Shown here: one piece after another, positions 38,000 to 50,022 of the stretch | How positions within the stretch are numbered: position 1 is the stretch's first letter | Layout: every line of letters begins with the position of its first letter | Source: Chiloscyllium plagiosum | Lineage: Eukaryota | DNA length: 64,000 nt | Assembly (NCBI RefSeq): GCF_004010195.1 | Contig: NC_057718.1 | Location: 81,834,110 to 81,898,109, forward strand | Reading direction: 5' to 3' | The notes under the pieces: generated by a model | Told to the model about the DNA's origin: nothing | Database searches by the model: none | The model's input: the letters and a program-made list of their open reading frames with translations, nothing else | Position numbers and translations under genes: made by a program

Positions 38000-38421
38000 A
38001 GAGCCCGGGTGTCCTTGGAGAAGGAGTACGCGGTGTCGACCAACACCCTGGAGTTGTGCAGGGAGAGGTGGGTGCCGCAGGGAGTGGAGTGCATCATTAC
38101 TCCCTCCAACTCTATTTTGATTTAGTCCCTACCCTCCCCTTCACTGTTTTGATCACACAGCACTGCCCTTTGATGTGAAGGGCAGTGTTTATCACTGGCC
38201 ACCCGGGTGTTTTCCTATCTTCCTGGTGGTGGAATTTGAATAAAGATTCGTGCACTTTGTGTCTTTCACTGTGTTTCACATCTGCACACACACCATGGGT
38301 GCTGGGGATAAAATAAGCACTACCGCACTTAGGTGGTAGTGTGGGGGTTAATATATTTAAAAAAAAAATAAAAAAATAAACAGGAGATTCAGGGAGTTGA
38401 GAAAAAAAATAGAAAAAAAAA
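38000..38421 (+). mobile_element. 5'-truncated Tx1-like non-LTR retrotransposon (ORF2 C-terminus, 3' UTR, A-rich tail)
   Basis: ARVSLEKEYAVSTNTLELCRERWVPQGVECII*; AATAAA; perfect 13-bp TSD ATCAACCTATCTA at 37987-37999 and 38422-38434. Confidence 0.75.
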
Positions 38422-38654
38422 ATCAACCTATCTACCTCTCCTTTGAGATTCAGGATCTGGCTAAAAGGTGGGATTGTGGATGTCTTTAGTCAAACAAATT
38501 TGGTTAGGGAGAATTCCAGCAATTCAGAGAGGAATTGGGTTTTTTTGTTGAGAAATAGGCTTTTCAAAAAAAAAAATTCAAAGAAAATGCTGCAGATACA
38601 CTTGGATAGAGTAATCTTTGAAGATTGAGATCAGATATTATTGGGCGAGTGGAA

Positions 38655-39032
38655 TTTAGAAGAATTCTCATCAAAATGTTCAGGATACTTAAGTGGCTTG
38701 ACAGGGTAAATGCTGAGAGGATGGTTTCCCATCATGGGAGAGTCCAGGGCCAGTGGCAGTAGTCTCAGAATAAAGTGGTGCCAATTTAAAACTGGAGATG
38801 AGGCAGAATTTCTTCTCTGAGGGTTGTGAGTCTCTGGAACACCATCCCACAGAGCTGTGAGGGTAGAGTCCTATTTATATTTAACACTAAGTTAAATAGA
38901 TTCTTGATCAGTAGGGGATTCGCGAGTTATGGGGAAAGGACAGGAAAGTGGACATGTGGAATGTCGGATCAACCATATTAAAAGGCACAGCAGGACCAAG
39001 GAGCTGGATGACCTCCTCCTTATGGTCTTATA
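38655..39032 (+). mobile_element. Old CR1 3' end
   Basis: GGAATTTAGAAG..TTGACAGGGTAAATGCTGAGAGGATG..CTCCTTATGGTCTTAT. Confidence 0.75.
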
Positions 39033-39169
39033 GACTTAACTAAGAGTTTTCCAGGATGTTACATGGAGTGGCTTAAGAATGCTAATAAAATCTTTAATTG
39101 CTGGATTATCTTTGATCAGGCAGAGGGGGAAAGGAAAAGAGCGTTTTATCGGAACAGGCCCAGAAGTGT

Positions 39170-40183
39170 ATAAAGTGGCCTTCAAGAAGGCCTTTGACAA
39201 AGTGCCGCAAAGGAGGCTCATGAGTAAGATAAAGGCCCATGGTGCCAGTTGGAAGGTGCTAGCATGGTTAGAAGCTTGGCTGTCTGGCAGAAAGCAGACA
39301 GTGGGGATAAAAGGGTCCTTCTCAGGATGGCAGCCGGTGACAAGTGGTGTTCTGCAAGGCTCAGTGTTGGGACCACAACTTTTCACTTTATACTTTAATG
39401 ATCTAGATGAAGGAGCTAAAGGTAAGTTTGCAAGCGATACAATGATAGGTAGAGGAACAGGTGGCATTGAGGAGGCGGAGAGTCTGAAGAAAGATTTGGA
39501 CAGGTTAGAAGAGTGGCAGATGGAGTACAACGGGGGGAGTGTGAGGTCATGCACTTTGTTGGGAAGAATAGAAGCATGGACTATTTTCTAAGTGGGGAGA
39601 AAAATTCAGAAGTCTGAGGTGCAAAGAAGCTTGGGAGTTCTAGTCCAGGATTCCCTCAAGGTAAACTTGTAGGATGAGTCAGTAGTTAGGAAGGCAAATG
39701 CAATGATGGCATTTATTATGAGAGGACTTGAATATAAAAGCAGGGATGTACTTCTGAGGCTCTATAACGCTCTGGTCAGACCACATTTGGAATATTGTGC
39801 ACAGTTTTGAGGGCGATATCTCAGGAAGGATGTATTGGGCCTGGAGTGAGTTCAAAGGAGGTTCACAAGAATGGTCCCAAGAATGAAAAGCTTAACAGAT
39901 GAGAAATGGTTGAGGATTCTAGATTTACTCTCAATGGAGTTTAGAAGGAATGGGGGGGGATTCTAATTAAAACATACAGAATACTACATGGCCTGGACAG
40001 AGTAGCTGTTGGGAAGATGTTTCCATTGGTAGGATAGACTAGGACTCAAGGGCACAGCCTTAGAGTAGAGGGAAGGCCTTTTAGAATGGAGATAAGGAGA
40101 AACGTTTTCAGTCAGAGAGTGGTGAATCTATGGAATTCATTACCACAGAAGGCTGTGGAGGCCAGGTCACTGAGTATGTTTAA
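39170..40183 (+). mobile_element. CR1 RT fragment, split by a composite PLE; resumes at 44587-44757
   Basis: FKKAFDKVP..SGVLQGSVLGPQLF..KFASDT; TSD-like ACTGAGTATGTTTAA 40169-40183 / ACTGAGTAAATTTAA 44587-44601. Confidence 0.88.
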
Positions 40184-40270
40184 TGATTTGGAGATGCCGT
40201 GTTGAATTGGGGTGTACAAACTTAAAAATCACACAACACCAGGATATAGTCCAACAGGTTTATTTGGAAG

Positions 40271-40305
40271 CACTAGTTTTCAGAGCGCTGCTTCTTCATC
40301 AGGTG
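40271..40305 (-). ncRNA. Minimal hammerhead ribozyme motif
   Basis: Minus strand CAC-CTGATGA-A-GAAGC-AGC-GCTCT-GAAA-ACTA-GTG. Confidence 0.65.
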
Positions 40306-40601
40306 GTTGTGGTCTATAAGATTGTAAGCCACAGAATTGATAGCAAAAGTTTACGGTGTGATGTAACTGAAATTATACTGAAAAAGATTGGATTGTTTGT
40401 TAAGTCTCTCACTTTTTAGAATGAACATGTTGGATTCAGTTCTTTCATATGTAAATTGCAAAATTTTTTTAAAGTTACATTCTCAAGTGAACTTTAACAA
40501 TTGGTGTCATGTCTGCCCAGATAATGCACTGAAGGTGTGAGATGCCCTGTGTGAGACTGTCTGTGCCACAATGTTCAGACTGATTCTAATCCAATAAACG
40601 G

Positions 40602-40880
40602 TTCAGGTTAGAGGGGAAAGATATAAAAGAGACCTACAGGGAAACTTTTTCACACAGAGGATGATACATGTATGGAATGAGCTGCTGGAGGAAGTGGTGG
40701 AGGCTGGTACAATTGCAACATTTAAGAGGCATTTGGATGAGTATATGAATAGAAAAGGTTTGGAGGGATATGGCTGCGTGGTGGCAGGTGGGACTAGATT
40801 GGGTTGGGATATCTGGTCGGCATGGGCGGGTTGGACCGAAGGGTCTGTTTCCATGCTGTACAGTTCTATGACTCTATGAC
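40602..40880 (+). mobile_element. CR1 3' end nested in the PLE arm
   Basis: VWNELLEEVVEAGTIATFKRHLD; CTATGACTCTATGAC tail. Confidence 0.9.
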
Positions 40881-40939
40881 TGCAGTTTTTGAGCAAAATA
40901 AAATGCAATTCTGCAAGTACAAATTCACCCCACAAACTT

Positions 40940-41180
40940 ATGTGTGTGTGTGTTATGAGTGTCTGTGAGAGAGTTTGTGAATGTGTGTGAGTGTGAATGT
41001 AAAGGGGTATATGTCTATGAGAGGGTGCATGTGTACGTGTGAGTGTGGGGGTGTATATGTGAGTGTATGAGAGAGAGCTTGTGTATGAGAAAGGGTCTGC
41101 GTGAGTGTATGGGTCTGTAGGACTCTGTGTGTGTGTGTATCTGTCTATGTATGTGTGTTTGTGTCTATATGTGTGTGTAA
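40940..41180 (+). repeat. Degenerate (GT/GA)n low-complexity tract in the PLE UTR
   Basis: Read directly. Confidence 0.85.
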
Positions 41181-41450
41181 TGCAGTGAGGTCACCTTTAG
41201 TGTGACATGAACCCAAGGTCCCGTTTGAGGCCATCCCCACGGGCACCAAACGTAGCTATCAGCCTCTGCTGGGTCACTTTTCGGTGCGCCTGTCCCAAAG
41301 TCTGTCTCGGAGGACGGTCAACTGAAGGTCAGAGGTCGAATGCCCCCGACCGCTGAAGTGTTCTCCGACAGGGAGGGAACATTCCTGTCTGTTGATTATT
41401 GTGCGGTGACCCTTCATCCATTGCCGTAGCCTCTGCTTGGTCTCACCATA

Positions 41451-41656
41451 CTGCCAATGTTCGTAGCAATCTGCCCAGCTTTCAGGACAACTCCAAACAA
41501 CTCTGTTACAATAGATGCTGCAAGATGTGTCAGAGTGTCAATATGGATACCACCATTACACGTGGGGATATCTCCCACCATGTACGTGGCAGGTACTCAT
41601 GTGACTCAGCCAAAGTTGTCTATCTCATACACTGCAAGCAAGGATGCCTTGATGCA
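41451..41656 (+). mobile_element. Neptune-type PLE plus arm: Cys-rich linker and GIY-YIG start
   Basis: CYNRCCKMCQ..RGRYSCDSAKVVYLIHCKQGC. Confidence 0.8.
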
Positions 41657-41827
41657 GTGAACACAGTCCTCCAATTTCTGAGCAATGAACCCAAACAAGC
41701 AGACAAAACACGTCCATAAACCCTAGCCACTCTCCCCTATATCAAAGACATCTCAGAAATAACTGCCAGACTGCTCAGACCCTTTGGCATCATGGTAGCC
41801 CACAAACCCAATAAAACGGCAGCTTTG

Positions 41828-42138
41828 TGGGCGGCACGGTGGCCCAGTGGTTAGCACTGCTGCCTCACAGTACCAGAGACCCGGGTTCAATTCCTGCCTC
41901 AGGCGACTGACTGTGTGGAGTTTGCACGTTCTCCCCGTGTCTGCGTGGGTTTGCTCCGGTTTCCTCCCACAGTCCAAAGATGTGCAGGTCAGGTGAATTG
42001 GCCATGCTAAATTGCCCATAGTGTTAGGTAAGGGGTAAATATAGAGGTATGGGTGCGTTGTGCTTTGGCGGGTCGGTGTGGACTTGTTGGGCCGAAGGGC
42101 CTGTTTCCACACTGTAATCTAAACTAAAATCTAAATCT
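41828..42138 (+). mobile_element. HE1-type V-SINE nested in a PLE
   Basis: Full head, core and tail. Confidence 0.95.
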
Positions 42139-42597
42139 AATGAACTCGAAACACTCTATGCAGACAACAAGCAAAACTAATGTCATTTACAAAATAGCTT
42201 GCAAGAACTGTAACAAACGCTACATTGGACAAACAGGCAGAAAACTAGCCACCAGGATACATGAATATCAACTAGCCACAAAAAGACATGACCCACTCTC
42301 ACTAGTATCCTTACATATGGATGAAGAAAGACACCACTTCGACTGGGACAACAAATCCACCCTTGGACAAGCCAAACAGAGATATGCGCGAGAATTTCTA
42401 GAAGCATGGCATTCCAACTGGAACTCTATCAACAAACACATTGACTTGGATCCCATTTACCACCCCCTGAAAAAAAGAACAGGAAATGACATCATCATAG
42501 GAAATTATGTCACCACAGGAAATGACAGCACCAACCCTAGGAAACTCAAACATATAAATAGAAAGCAGGTTGCACTACCAGTGCTTGTTTCAGAGGC

Positions 42598-42636
42598 TCA
42601 CTGAAGATGTTACCTAGTATGGTGACGAAATGTCTT
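42598..42636 (+). ncRNA. Minimal hammerhead ribozyme motif (Poseidon-type PLE)
   Basis: CTGAAGA 42601-42607, stem II GTTACC/GGTGAC, GAAA 42627-42630, TGTC; stem I not intact. Confidence 0.6.
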
Positions 42637-42692
42637 CCAACTCAGCGAGCAAAACTACATCCACATACATATAAGTCTGTGGAGCGAATTTA

Positions 42693-44180
42693 TAGAGTCA
42701 TAGAGATATACAGCAGGGAAACAGACCCTTCAGTCCAAGCCGTCCATACCGACCAGATATCCTAACCCAATCTAGTCTCACCTGCCAGCACCCAGCCCAT
42801 ATCCCTCCAAACCCTTCCTATTCGTATACCTATCCAAATGCCTCTTAAATGTTGCAATTGTACCACCCTCCACCACTTCCTCTGGCAGCTCATTCCATAC
42901 ACATACCACCCTCTGTGTGAAAAAGTTGCCCATAGGTATCTTTCATATGTCCCCCCTCTCACCCTAAACCTGTGTCTTCCAGTTCTGGACTACCTGACCC
43001 CAGGGAAAAGACTTTATCTATTTACCCTATCCATGCCCCTCAAAATTTTGTAAATCTCTATAAGGTCACCCCTCAGCCTCCAACGCTCCAGGGAAAACAA
43101 CGCCAACCTGTTCAGCCTCTTCCTGTAGCTCAGATACTCCAACCCTGGCAACATCCTTGTAAATCTTTTCTGAAACCTTTCAAGTTTCACAACATCCTTC
43201 CAATAGTAAGGAGACCAGAATTGCATGCAATATTCCAACAGTGGCCTAACCAATGTCCTGTACAGCCGCAACATGACCTCCCAACTCCTGTACTCAATAC
43301 TCTGACCAATAAATCCCAATGCCTTCTTCACTATCCTATCTACCTGTGACTCCACTTTCAAGGAGCTGTGAACCTGCACTCCAAGGTCTCTTGGAGGTCT
43401 CAGCAACACTCCCTAGGACCTTACCATTAAGTGTATAAGTTCTGCTAAGATTTGCTTTCCCAAAATGCAGCACCTTGCATTTATCTGAATTAAACTCCAT
43501 CTGCCACTTCTCAGCCCATTGACCAATCTGGTCCAGATCCTGTTGTAATCTGAGGTAACCCTCTTCGCTGTCCACTACACCTCCAATTTTGGTGTCATCT
43601 GCAAACTTACTAACTTTACCTCTTATGCTCACTTCCAAATCACTTATGTAAATGACAAAAAATAGAGGACCCAGCGCCGATCCTTGTGGCACTCCATTGG
43701 TCACAGGCCTCCAGTCTGAAAAACAACCCTCCACCACCACCCTCTGTCTTCTACCTTTGAGCCAGTTCTGTATCCAAATGGCTAGTCCTTCTTGTATTCC
43801 GTGAGATCTAACCTTGCCAATCAGTCTCCCATGGGGAACCTTGTTGAATGCCTTACTGAAGTCCATATAGACCACATCTACCACTCTGCCCTCATCAATC
43901 CTCTTTGTTACTTCCTCAAAAAACTCATTTAAGCTTGTGAGACATGATTTCCCACGCACAAAGCCATGTTGACTATCCCTAATCAGTTCTTGCCTTTCCA
44001 AATACGTGTACATCATGTTCCTCAGGATTCCCTCCAACAACTTGCCCACCACCGATGTCAGGCTCACTGGTCTGTAGTTCCCCAGCTTGTCCTTATCACC
44101 CTCCTTAAACAGTGTCACCAAGTTAGCCAACCTCCAGTCTTCTGGCACCTCACCTGTGACTATCGATGATACAAATATCT
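42693..44180 (-). mobile_element. CR1 RT to 3' end, nested in the PLE plus arm
   Basis: ORF 43336..44223 [35 protein letters not shown]; reverse (TATGACTC) tail. Confidence 0.95.
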
Positions 44181-44586
44181 CACTTCTTACAAAATTACAT
44201 TTAATTTTGCTCAAACATTGCATGAATCCATGGAAGATTGTGTAAATCTGTTTTTTTAGATTAGAATCAGTCTGTCCATTGTGGCACAGACAGTCTCACA
44301 CAGGGAACCTCATACCTTAACTGCATTATCTGGGCCAACATGACACCAATTTGTTAAAGCTCACTTGAGAATGTAACATTAAAAAAGTTCTGCAATTTAC
44401 AAACGAAAGAACTGACACCAACATGTTCATTCTAAAAGATGAGAAACTTAACAAACAATCCAGGTCTATTTCAATATATATTTTCAGTTACATCACACTG
44501 TAAACTTTTGCTATAAATTCTGTACCACCTGATGAAGGATCAGCGCTCCGAAAGCTAGTGCTTCCAAATAAACCTGTTGGACTATA
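44181..44586 (+). mobile_element. Neptune-type PLE terminal pseudo-LTR
   Basis: Diverged reverse complement of 40240-40600 and 40880-40920. Confidence 0.85.
44526..44560 (+). ncRNA. Near-intact minimal type I hammerhead ribozyme
   Basis: CAC-CTGATGA-A-GGATC-AGC-GCTCC-GAAA-GCTA-GTG: stem I CAC/GTG, palindromic AGCT stem III, predicted CUA cleavage after 44557. Confidence 0.75.
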
Positions 44587-44757
44587 ACTGAGTAAATTTA
44601 AGACAGATAGATAGGTTCCTGAGTATCAAGGGGATCAAGGGTTATGGGCTAAAAGGAGGAGAATGGGGTTGGAAAACTTATCAGCCATGATTAAATAACA
44701 GAGCAAACTTGATGGGTTGAATGACCTAATTTCTGCTCCTAGGTCTCATGGTCTTAT
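44587..44757 (+). mobile_element. CR1 3' end, continuation of 39170-40183
   Basis: TTTAAGACAGATAGATAGGTTCCTG..CTGCTCCTAGGTCTCATGGTCTTAT. Confidence 0.8.
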
Positions 44758-46202
44758 TGTCTAAGTGCTAAGCCAACTGAGTCAAAGACATGAGATCGTC
44801 AGACATCTTGTGTGAGCTTGAGGAACACTGCAGTTCCAAACTATTGGAGATCATTGAGAGTTATCGTTTGGAACAAGGAGTCAGGTGCCTGAGAGGATTT
44901 TTATGTTGCTTTGGGGAAAAAGAAGCAATCCATTCATTGCAAGTTTTGAGAATTTCCAGGGAAAGCATTGCAGGACTAAGTTGTGTGCAGTTTGAAATGT
45001 TGCAAAAATGCAAAGTGAAGTTTTGACATAGCTTCCCAAACAAAATTGCCCATGGACATGATAGAATGTGACTCAAGAGAAGTCAGATTAAATAATCAGT
45101 TTTCTGCTGAAGTGAAGCACTGTAGTAAACTGAACACAACAACGTTTCTAGTTAGTCATAGCAAAGTCCTGTTACTGATGTTTAGGCTGAAATTGGACAC
45201 AGAATTGTCCATTTATGAAGACAGAAGGAAAAGGATCATCTTGCCAAGGCATTTGAAAGAGTGTGAATAGACAAACTGCCTGTGGAAGAAAAGGCAGCCA
45301 CCATGCTGTTTCAAACAACATCAGATTGACGAAGTGTCAGTTGAGATCTATATGATCCCAGGCTCAAGGATGTCCAATGGATATTTGCAGGACACCTATG
45401 TCTGAGGGGCATTGAAGGATCTTTTTTAAACATGGAGTTTGAGGATATCAGTCAGTGTGATTTCACAAGTGGTATACCAGCATGAGCTGGAGAATCACTT
45501 AAAGGACTAACCCTCCAACTTTATATCTAATCTGGGTCAGATTAAAAATATCCACTTTCTTTTAGATAACCTCTGCACTGGAGATTCTTTGACAGGAGCC
45601 TCCTACACAAACCTAGCCAGGAAGCCTCAAATCCAGCCGTTTGGAAGATTTTCATCAAAAACCACAACCATATTTACAGCACTCAGCACTGTATTCTGAA
45701 GTTTAAATGTCCAGCAGACACTTTGATAGGCTAAGTAGGTATGGAAGATGAGGGATTAGGATGCCAAGTGGATAAAGTGGTTAGAATGCCAGTTGGCTGA
45801 GAAGAGCAGGATGCCAGTCATATGAGGTAGGTGGAGTGCCAGGTAGGTGAGGTGGGTTAGGATGCCAAGTAGATGGATGAGTGCTTAGGGACATCAGGTG
45901 TTGAGTCGGGTGAGGGGTTGCATTGGGTCAGATCAGTGGTTAGTCAAGTTGAGTGGCTGTCACATTATGGAAGGGGTATTGGGGTTGAATAAGATTGGGA
46001 GAAGTGTCAGCTCAATGATGGAGTGGAGGTGGTGGAGGGGTGCAGAGGAAAGATTGGTTGTGTTGGGTCTAAAACAAGCCATTGAAATATCATATGTATA
46101 TTTCTCCTATCTCCCAATAGCCAGATTCATACTTTACTCAGAAAGACCCATTACAAATTAATCATCCCAAAATTTCCTGTGGGAAAATTTCCAAGGTGAG
46201 GG

Positions 46203-46546
46203 AGTCATAGAACCCCTACAATGTGGAAGCAGGCCATTCGGTCCATTGAATCCACACCAACACTCTGAAGAGCATCCCACACAGATCCAGACTCCTACAC
46301 TATAATCCAGCATTTACAATGGATAATCCACCTAGTTTACACAATCCTGGATACGATGGCGCAATTTAGAATAGCCAATCTATCTAACCTGCACATCTTT
46401 GGACTGTGGAGGAAACCAGAGCACCCAGAGAAAACCCACACAGGCACAGGGAGAACATGCAAATGCCATACATACAGTTGCCCGAGGCTGGAATTGAACC
46501 CAGGTTCCTGGTGCTGTGAAGTAGTAGTGCTAACCAATGTGCCACC
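46203..46546 (-). mobile_element. HE1-type V-SINE (long variant)
   Basis: Reverse core and head. Confidence 0.88.
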
Positions 46547-48229
46547 GACAGAATGGTGTCGTTTGGGGTTTTCCCAAACTCCTCAGCATTCCTTTCTATT
46601 TCACTCTTGATTTTACAATTTTTTAAAATTTGGTTTTGGACGTTGTTTAGTCAGGTCACTTGATTAACATTGTTTGGTCTGGTTAACTTTGTCAAAAACA
46701 ACATTGCTGTTGTTGGTAAAATATTTGGTTTCTAGGTGTTGGCTGCTGTGAATTAGAATCCGAGGAGGAATCCTTTAAAAATAGATATTACATTTTTGCC
46801 AGTGTTTCCAATGTTTAAAACAAATTCTGAACCATTCTGTGCAGTTTTTAAGCCCTGATCTCCATTTTCTTCCCTCTGCATGTTTTTATTTGTCCAATTC
46901 TTGGAAAGATGCTTTAAACAATGAAATGTCTGAGTTGTGTTTCGTAAGCAGTGAATTCATCTCATCCTGGTAAACTTCTGGATCATTCCAAACTTTGAGT
47001 TCTTCTCCCTGATCAAACCCTTCAATTTTCTTTTCCAGGAGATATAGGTGTAACAGGATCTCAGTTTTTAGAAACAATTCATGATTTCTGTTGAGTAAAA
47101 TGCTCTTTGATTGCTTTAAGAACTTTGTTATTATTATGCTGATGTTCAGCTAAGAAAGCTTGACTTTCCTTTTTATTTAACTCAGAAATGGCCCAGGCAG
47201 CACTTAACTAAGCATGGTATCAAGGAACCTAATAAAACTGTAAGCAATGAGAATTTGGAAAACAAACTCTCCACTGATTGGAGTCAAATCAAATACAGAG
47301 AAAGAGGAATGTGACTGTCACAGACTGGTCATGCCAATCCTCAGACATCACTGTAGGAATTGCTCAGGGTACTCTCCTCAGCCTAAAAGTCTTAATTTGC
47401 TTCAATACACTTTCCTCCATCATTAGGTCAGACATAGAGGGGTCCACTAATGTTTGCAGCCTTCAGTTCCACTCTCAACTCTTCAGACAATGAAGCAATC
47501 TGCAGTTGCATACAGCAAGACTAGGACAACATTCAATCTTGGATTGACAAGTAGCAAGCAACATTCATTTCACAATTATGAGACAATGGCTATCTCAAGG
47601 GAAATAAAATCAAACCATCTCCCCGTGACATTTAACAGAGTTAACTTTGCTGAGGCCACTACAATCAACAGCCCGGGATTGCCTTCCACCAGAAGTGTAG
47701 CTGGACCAGCTCCATAAACAAGTGGCTACACAAGCAGATTAGAAGTTGTCATTTCTGTGGTCGATAAGTCCCAACCTGACAGTCCAAGCCTTTCCACAAG
47801 TTTTACTAGTCACAGCATCACAGAATTGTCACAGCACAAGGGAGGCCTATCATGTCTGTTCTGGTTCTATTACTAAGTGTCAATCAATGCTTTTCTCCCA
47901 TATTCATGCACACCATTTCCAGCCAAATAATGATCCAAACGTTTCTTGAATGCCTCAATTGAACCTGTGTTCACCATTTTTCCAGGCAATGCATTCCATA
48001 CTCTAACTACTCGCTGTGTAAAACTGGTCATCCAGGTCACATTAGGGACCTCACCCAACATTTTACATTTTCACTCCAACTCATAAAGGTGTGTTAAGAT
48101 CTAAAAGATTCCTGGCATTTTTCTCTGGTTTCTCTCTTGCCTCAGCCTATTCCGTCTTCAGGTTTATCCATGTGACACACCTTCCTCATCCCTGTTCTCA
48201 CAAAACTGCTGGCGTTGTGTAAGCTGAAT

Positions 48230-48445
48230 AAAGGCAAAATACTGCGAATAATCTAAATCTGAAATAAACATAGAGAATTCTGGAGAAACCCAGCAGGTCT
48301 GTCAGCATCTGCGAAGAGAAAAACAGAGTTAACATTTCAAGTTTTGGAGAGTCATATCATACTCGAAATGTTAGCTCTCATTTGCCTCTTTCGACAGATG
48401 CTGCAGACCTGTTGAGCTTTTCCAGCATTCTGTATGTTTGTTTCT
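48230..48445. mobile_element. Hairpin-shaped inverted PLE terminus relic
   Basis: CTGGAGAAACCCAGCAGGTCTG..CAGCATCTG..GAGTTAACATTTC versus GAAATGTTAGCTC..CAGATGCTGCAGACCTGTTGAGCTTTTCCAG. Confidence 0.7.
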
Positions 48446-49288
48446 TGTGTAAACTGATATGATCAACTGAAATCTATGATTCTAGACATTTTTGACAATT
48501 CTCTTTCCTCTCATCTTCAATCCTACTACTACAAACTCCCTCCTTAATTAAAAAAAAAATTCTTAGACTTTTCTGCCCTTTTACCCTACACCACCATCTT
48601 TCTTTCCACATCCCAAATTCATGCCCATCTTTCCATCTGCTCCATATTTGAATCCTTCCAATCTGATTTCTGTACCTGTCACAGGACTGCAAGTGCTCTT
48701 ATTCTGGTCACACACGATATCCTGTGTGACTGTGACATAGATAAACTACGCCTTCCCATTCTTCACAACCTGTTTGCAGACTCTGACATCGTTGAAAAGT
48801 CCCATCCTCCATCATCCAGTCAAGAGGCACTACACTTTATCTTTCTATTATTATCTGTCCAGTCAGAGCCACAGAATCACTTGAGATGACTTATTTTCTT
48901 GTTCTCTAAGGACTGCAATGCTTCAAGAAGGCAGTTCACCACCACCCCCTGCAGGGCAATTAGGGTTTGGCAACAAATGCCTTCTCAGCCAGCAATGCTC
49001 ACATTCAATGAACAATTAAAACAAATTGTCTATTCTTAAGGATAATCCATTGTAAGAACATTTTTGCTTCAGGACATTTGAATGAATTGCTAATATAGGA
49101 TCTTTAACGTGAAAAACATTTGCTTTAAACAAAGGTTCAGACACAAGAGACAGTTGTCACTATGGATGTTCACTTAAAGCTTGTCAGACTCTGTTATCTC
49201 TAGAGAGAGCTATGAAGAGTCCTTGAAATGCAAGAGACTCCTTCAATTATGTCTATTCAATTTTCGAAAAGGTGTGAAGATTCCTTGG

Positions 49289-50022
49289 TGTTACAACACA
49301 ATGATGAACCCTTCTGCTAATTAAATCAAACACTCAGAAAAGCTCACCTTGCCCCATAATCTGTTAAAGTGTGAGTGACAGAGAACTTCCAAATTCCACT
49401 ATTTAAAGAAAAAATAATCAATTTATTTTTTAATGCTAAAAGTGAACATTAAACAATAACTATTTACAACTCTAAGCCTCCTTTCTCTTAAAGGCTTGTT
49501 ATCTACCTTCAACTCTATAACAATATACTGATGCAATAAATACCCCTATTAAAATTAAACCAGATGGTGGCTGTCATCATCAGTGTCTGTCTTCTTTCAG
49601 CTACAGATCTCCCTGGGTCATCTTCGGTCTTTTGCTGCAAAGATGCTTCATATGAGAAAGGTACCTTTGATAGAGAGTGTTTTGAATGGCAGTCTCTCTC
49701 TCTCTCTAGATGGCAGTTTATTATCTCTGGCTAACTCTCAAAAATGCCTGCTCCTTTATAACCCAAAGATTGGATCGTCTCATTGGTTCAAGGTTGAAAC
49801 AAACAATACATTCAAGTTTGATTGGGTTTTAGTATCCTGGGGTATAATTTAAACTGAGTGGTTAAATTTGAACTGTTGTGAAAACAGTTGTCACATATTT
49901 TCGAGTTTCCAGTACACTCTGAGACAGCTAGTCGGTCACATGACATGTGCCTGCACCCTCTCAGTGCAAAACAGTTTTCACTCTCTCTTAAAGGTACAGT
50001 ACCTGCCTTCAACTTCATAACA
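49289..50022 (-). mobile_element. Probable solo LTR (~734 bp)
   Basis: TGTTA...TAACA termini, 4-bp TSD-like TTGG/TTAG, minus-strand TATA-like (TATAAAG) with several CCAAT boxes upstream. Confidence 0.6.

Larger units (their letters stand above)
40184..41450 (-). mobile_element. Neptune-type PLE, inverted arm (pLTR with HHR, CA-rich UTR, GIY-YIG C-terminus)
   Basis: Minus strand reads GETKQRLRQWMKGHRTII..LPVGEHFS..HSTSDL; pLTR mirrors 44181-44586. Confidence 0.85.
41657..42665 (+). mobile_element. Poseidon/Penelope-type PLE 3' part (GIY-YIG) with HHR-bearing end, interrupted by an HE1 SINE
   Basis: LPYIKDISEITARLLRPFGIMVAHKP; ORF 42140..42604 NVIYKIACKNCNKRYIGQTGRKLATRIHE..HHFDWDN..REFLEAW. 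Confidence 0.88.

Noticed and set aside
43336..44223. Functional reverse transcriptase gene
   Set aside because: 5'-truncated CR1 with a frameshift near 43390; the ORF start comes from the adjacent PLE sequence.
45250..45560. PIF/Harbinger transposase relic
   Set aside because: Only a faint resemblance, with no catalytic motifs or TIRs identifiable by eye.
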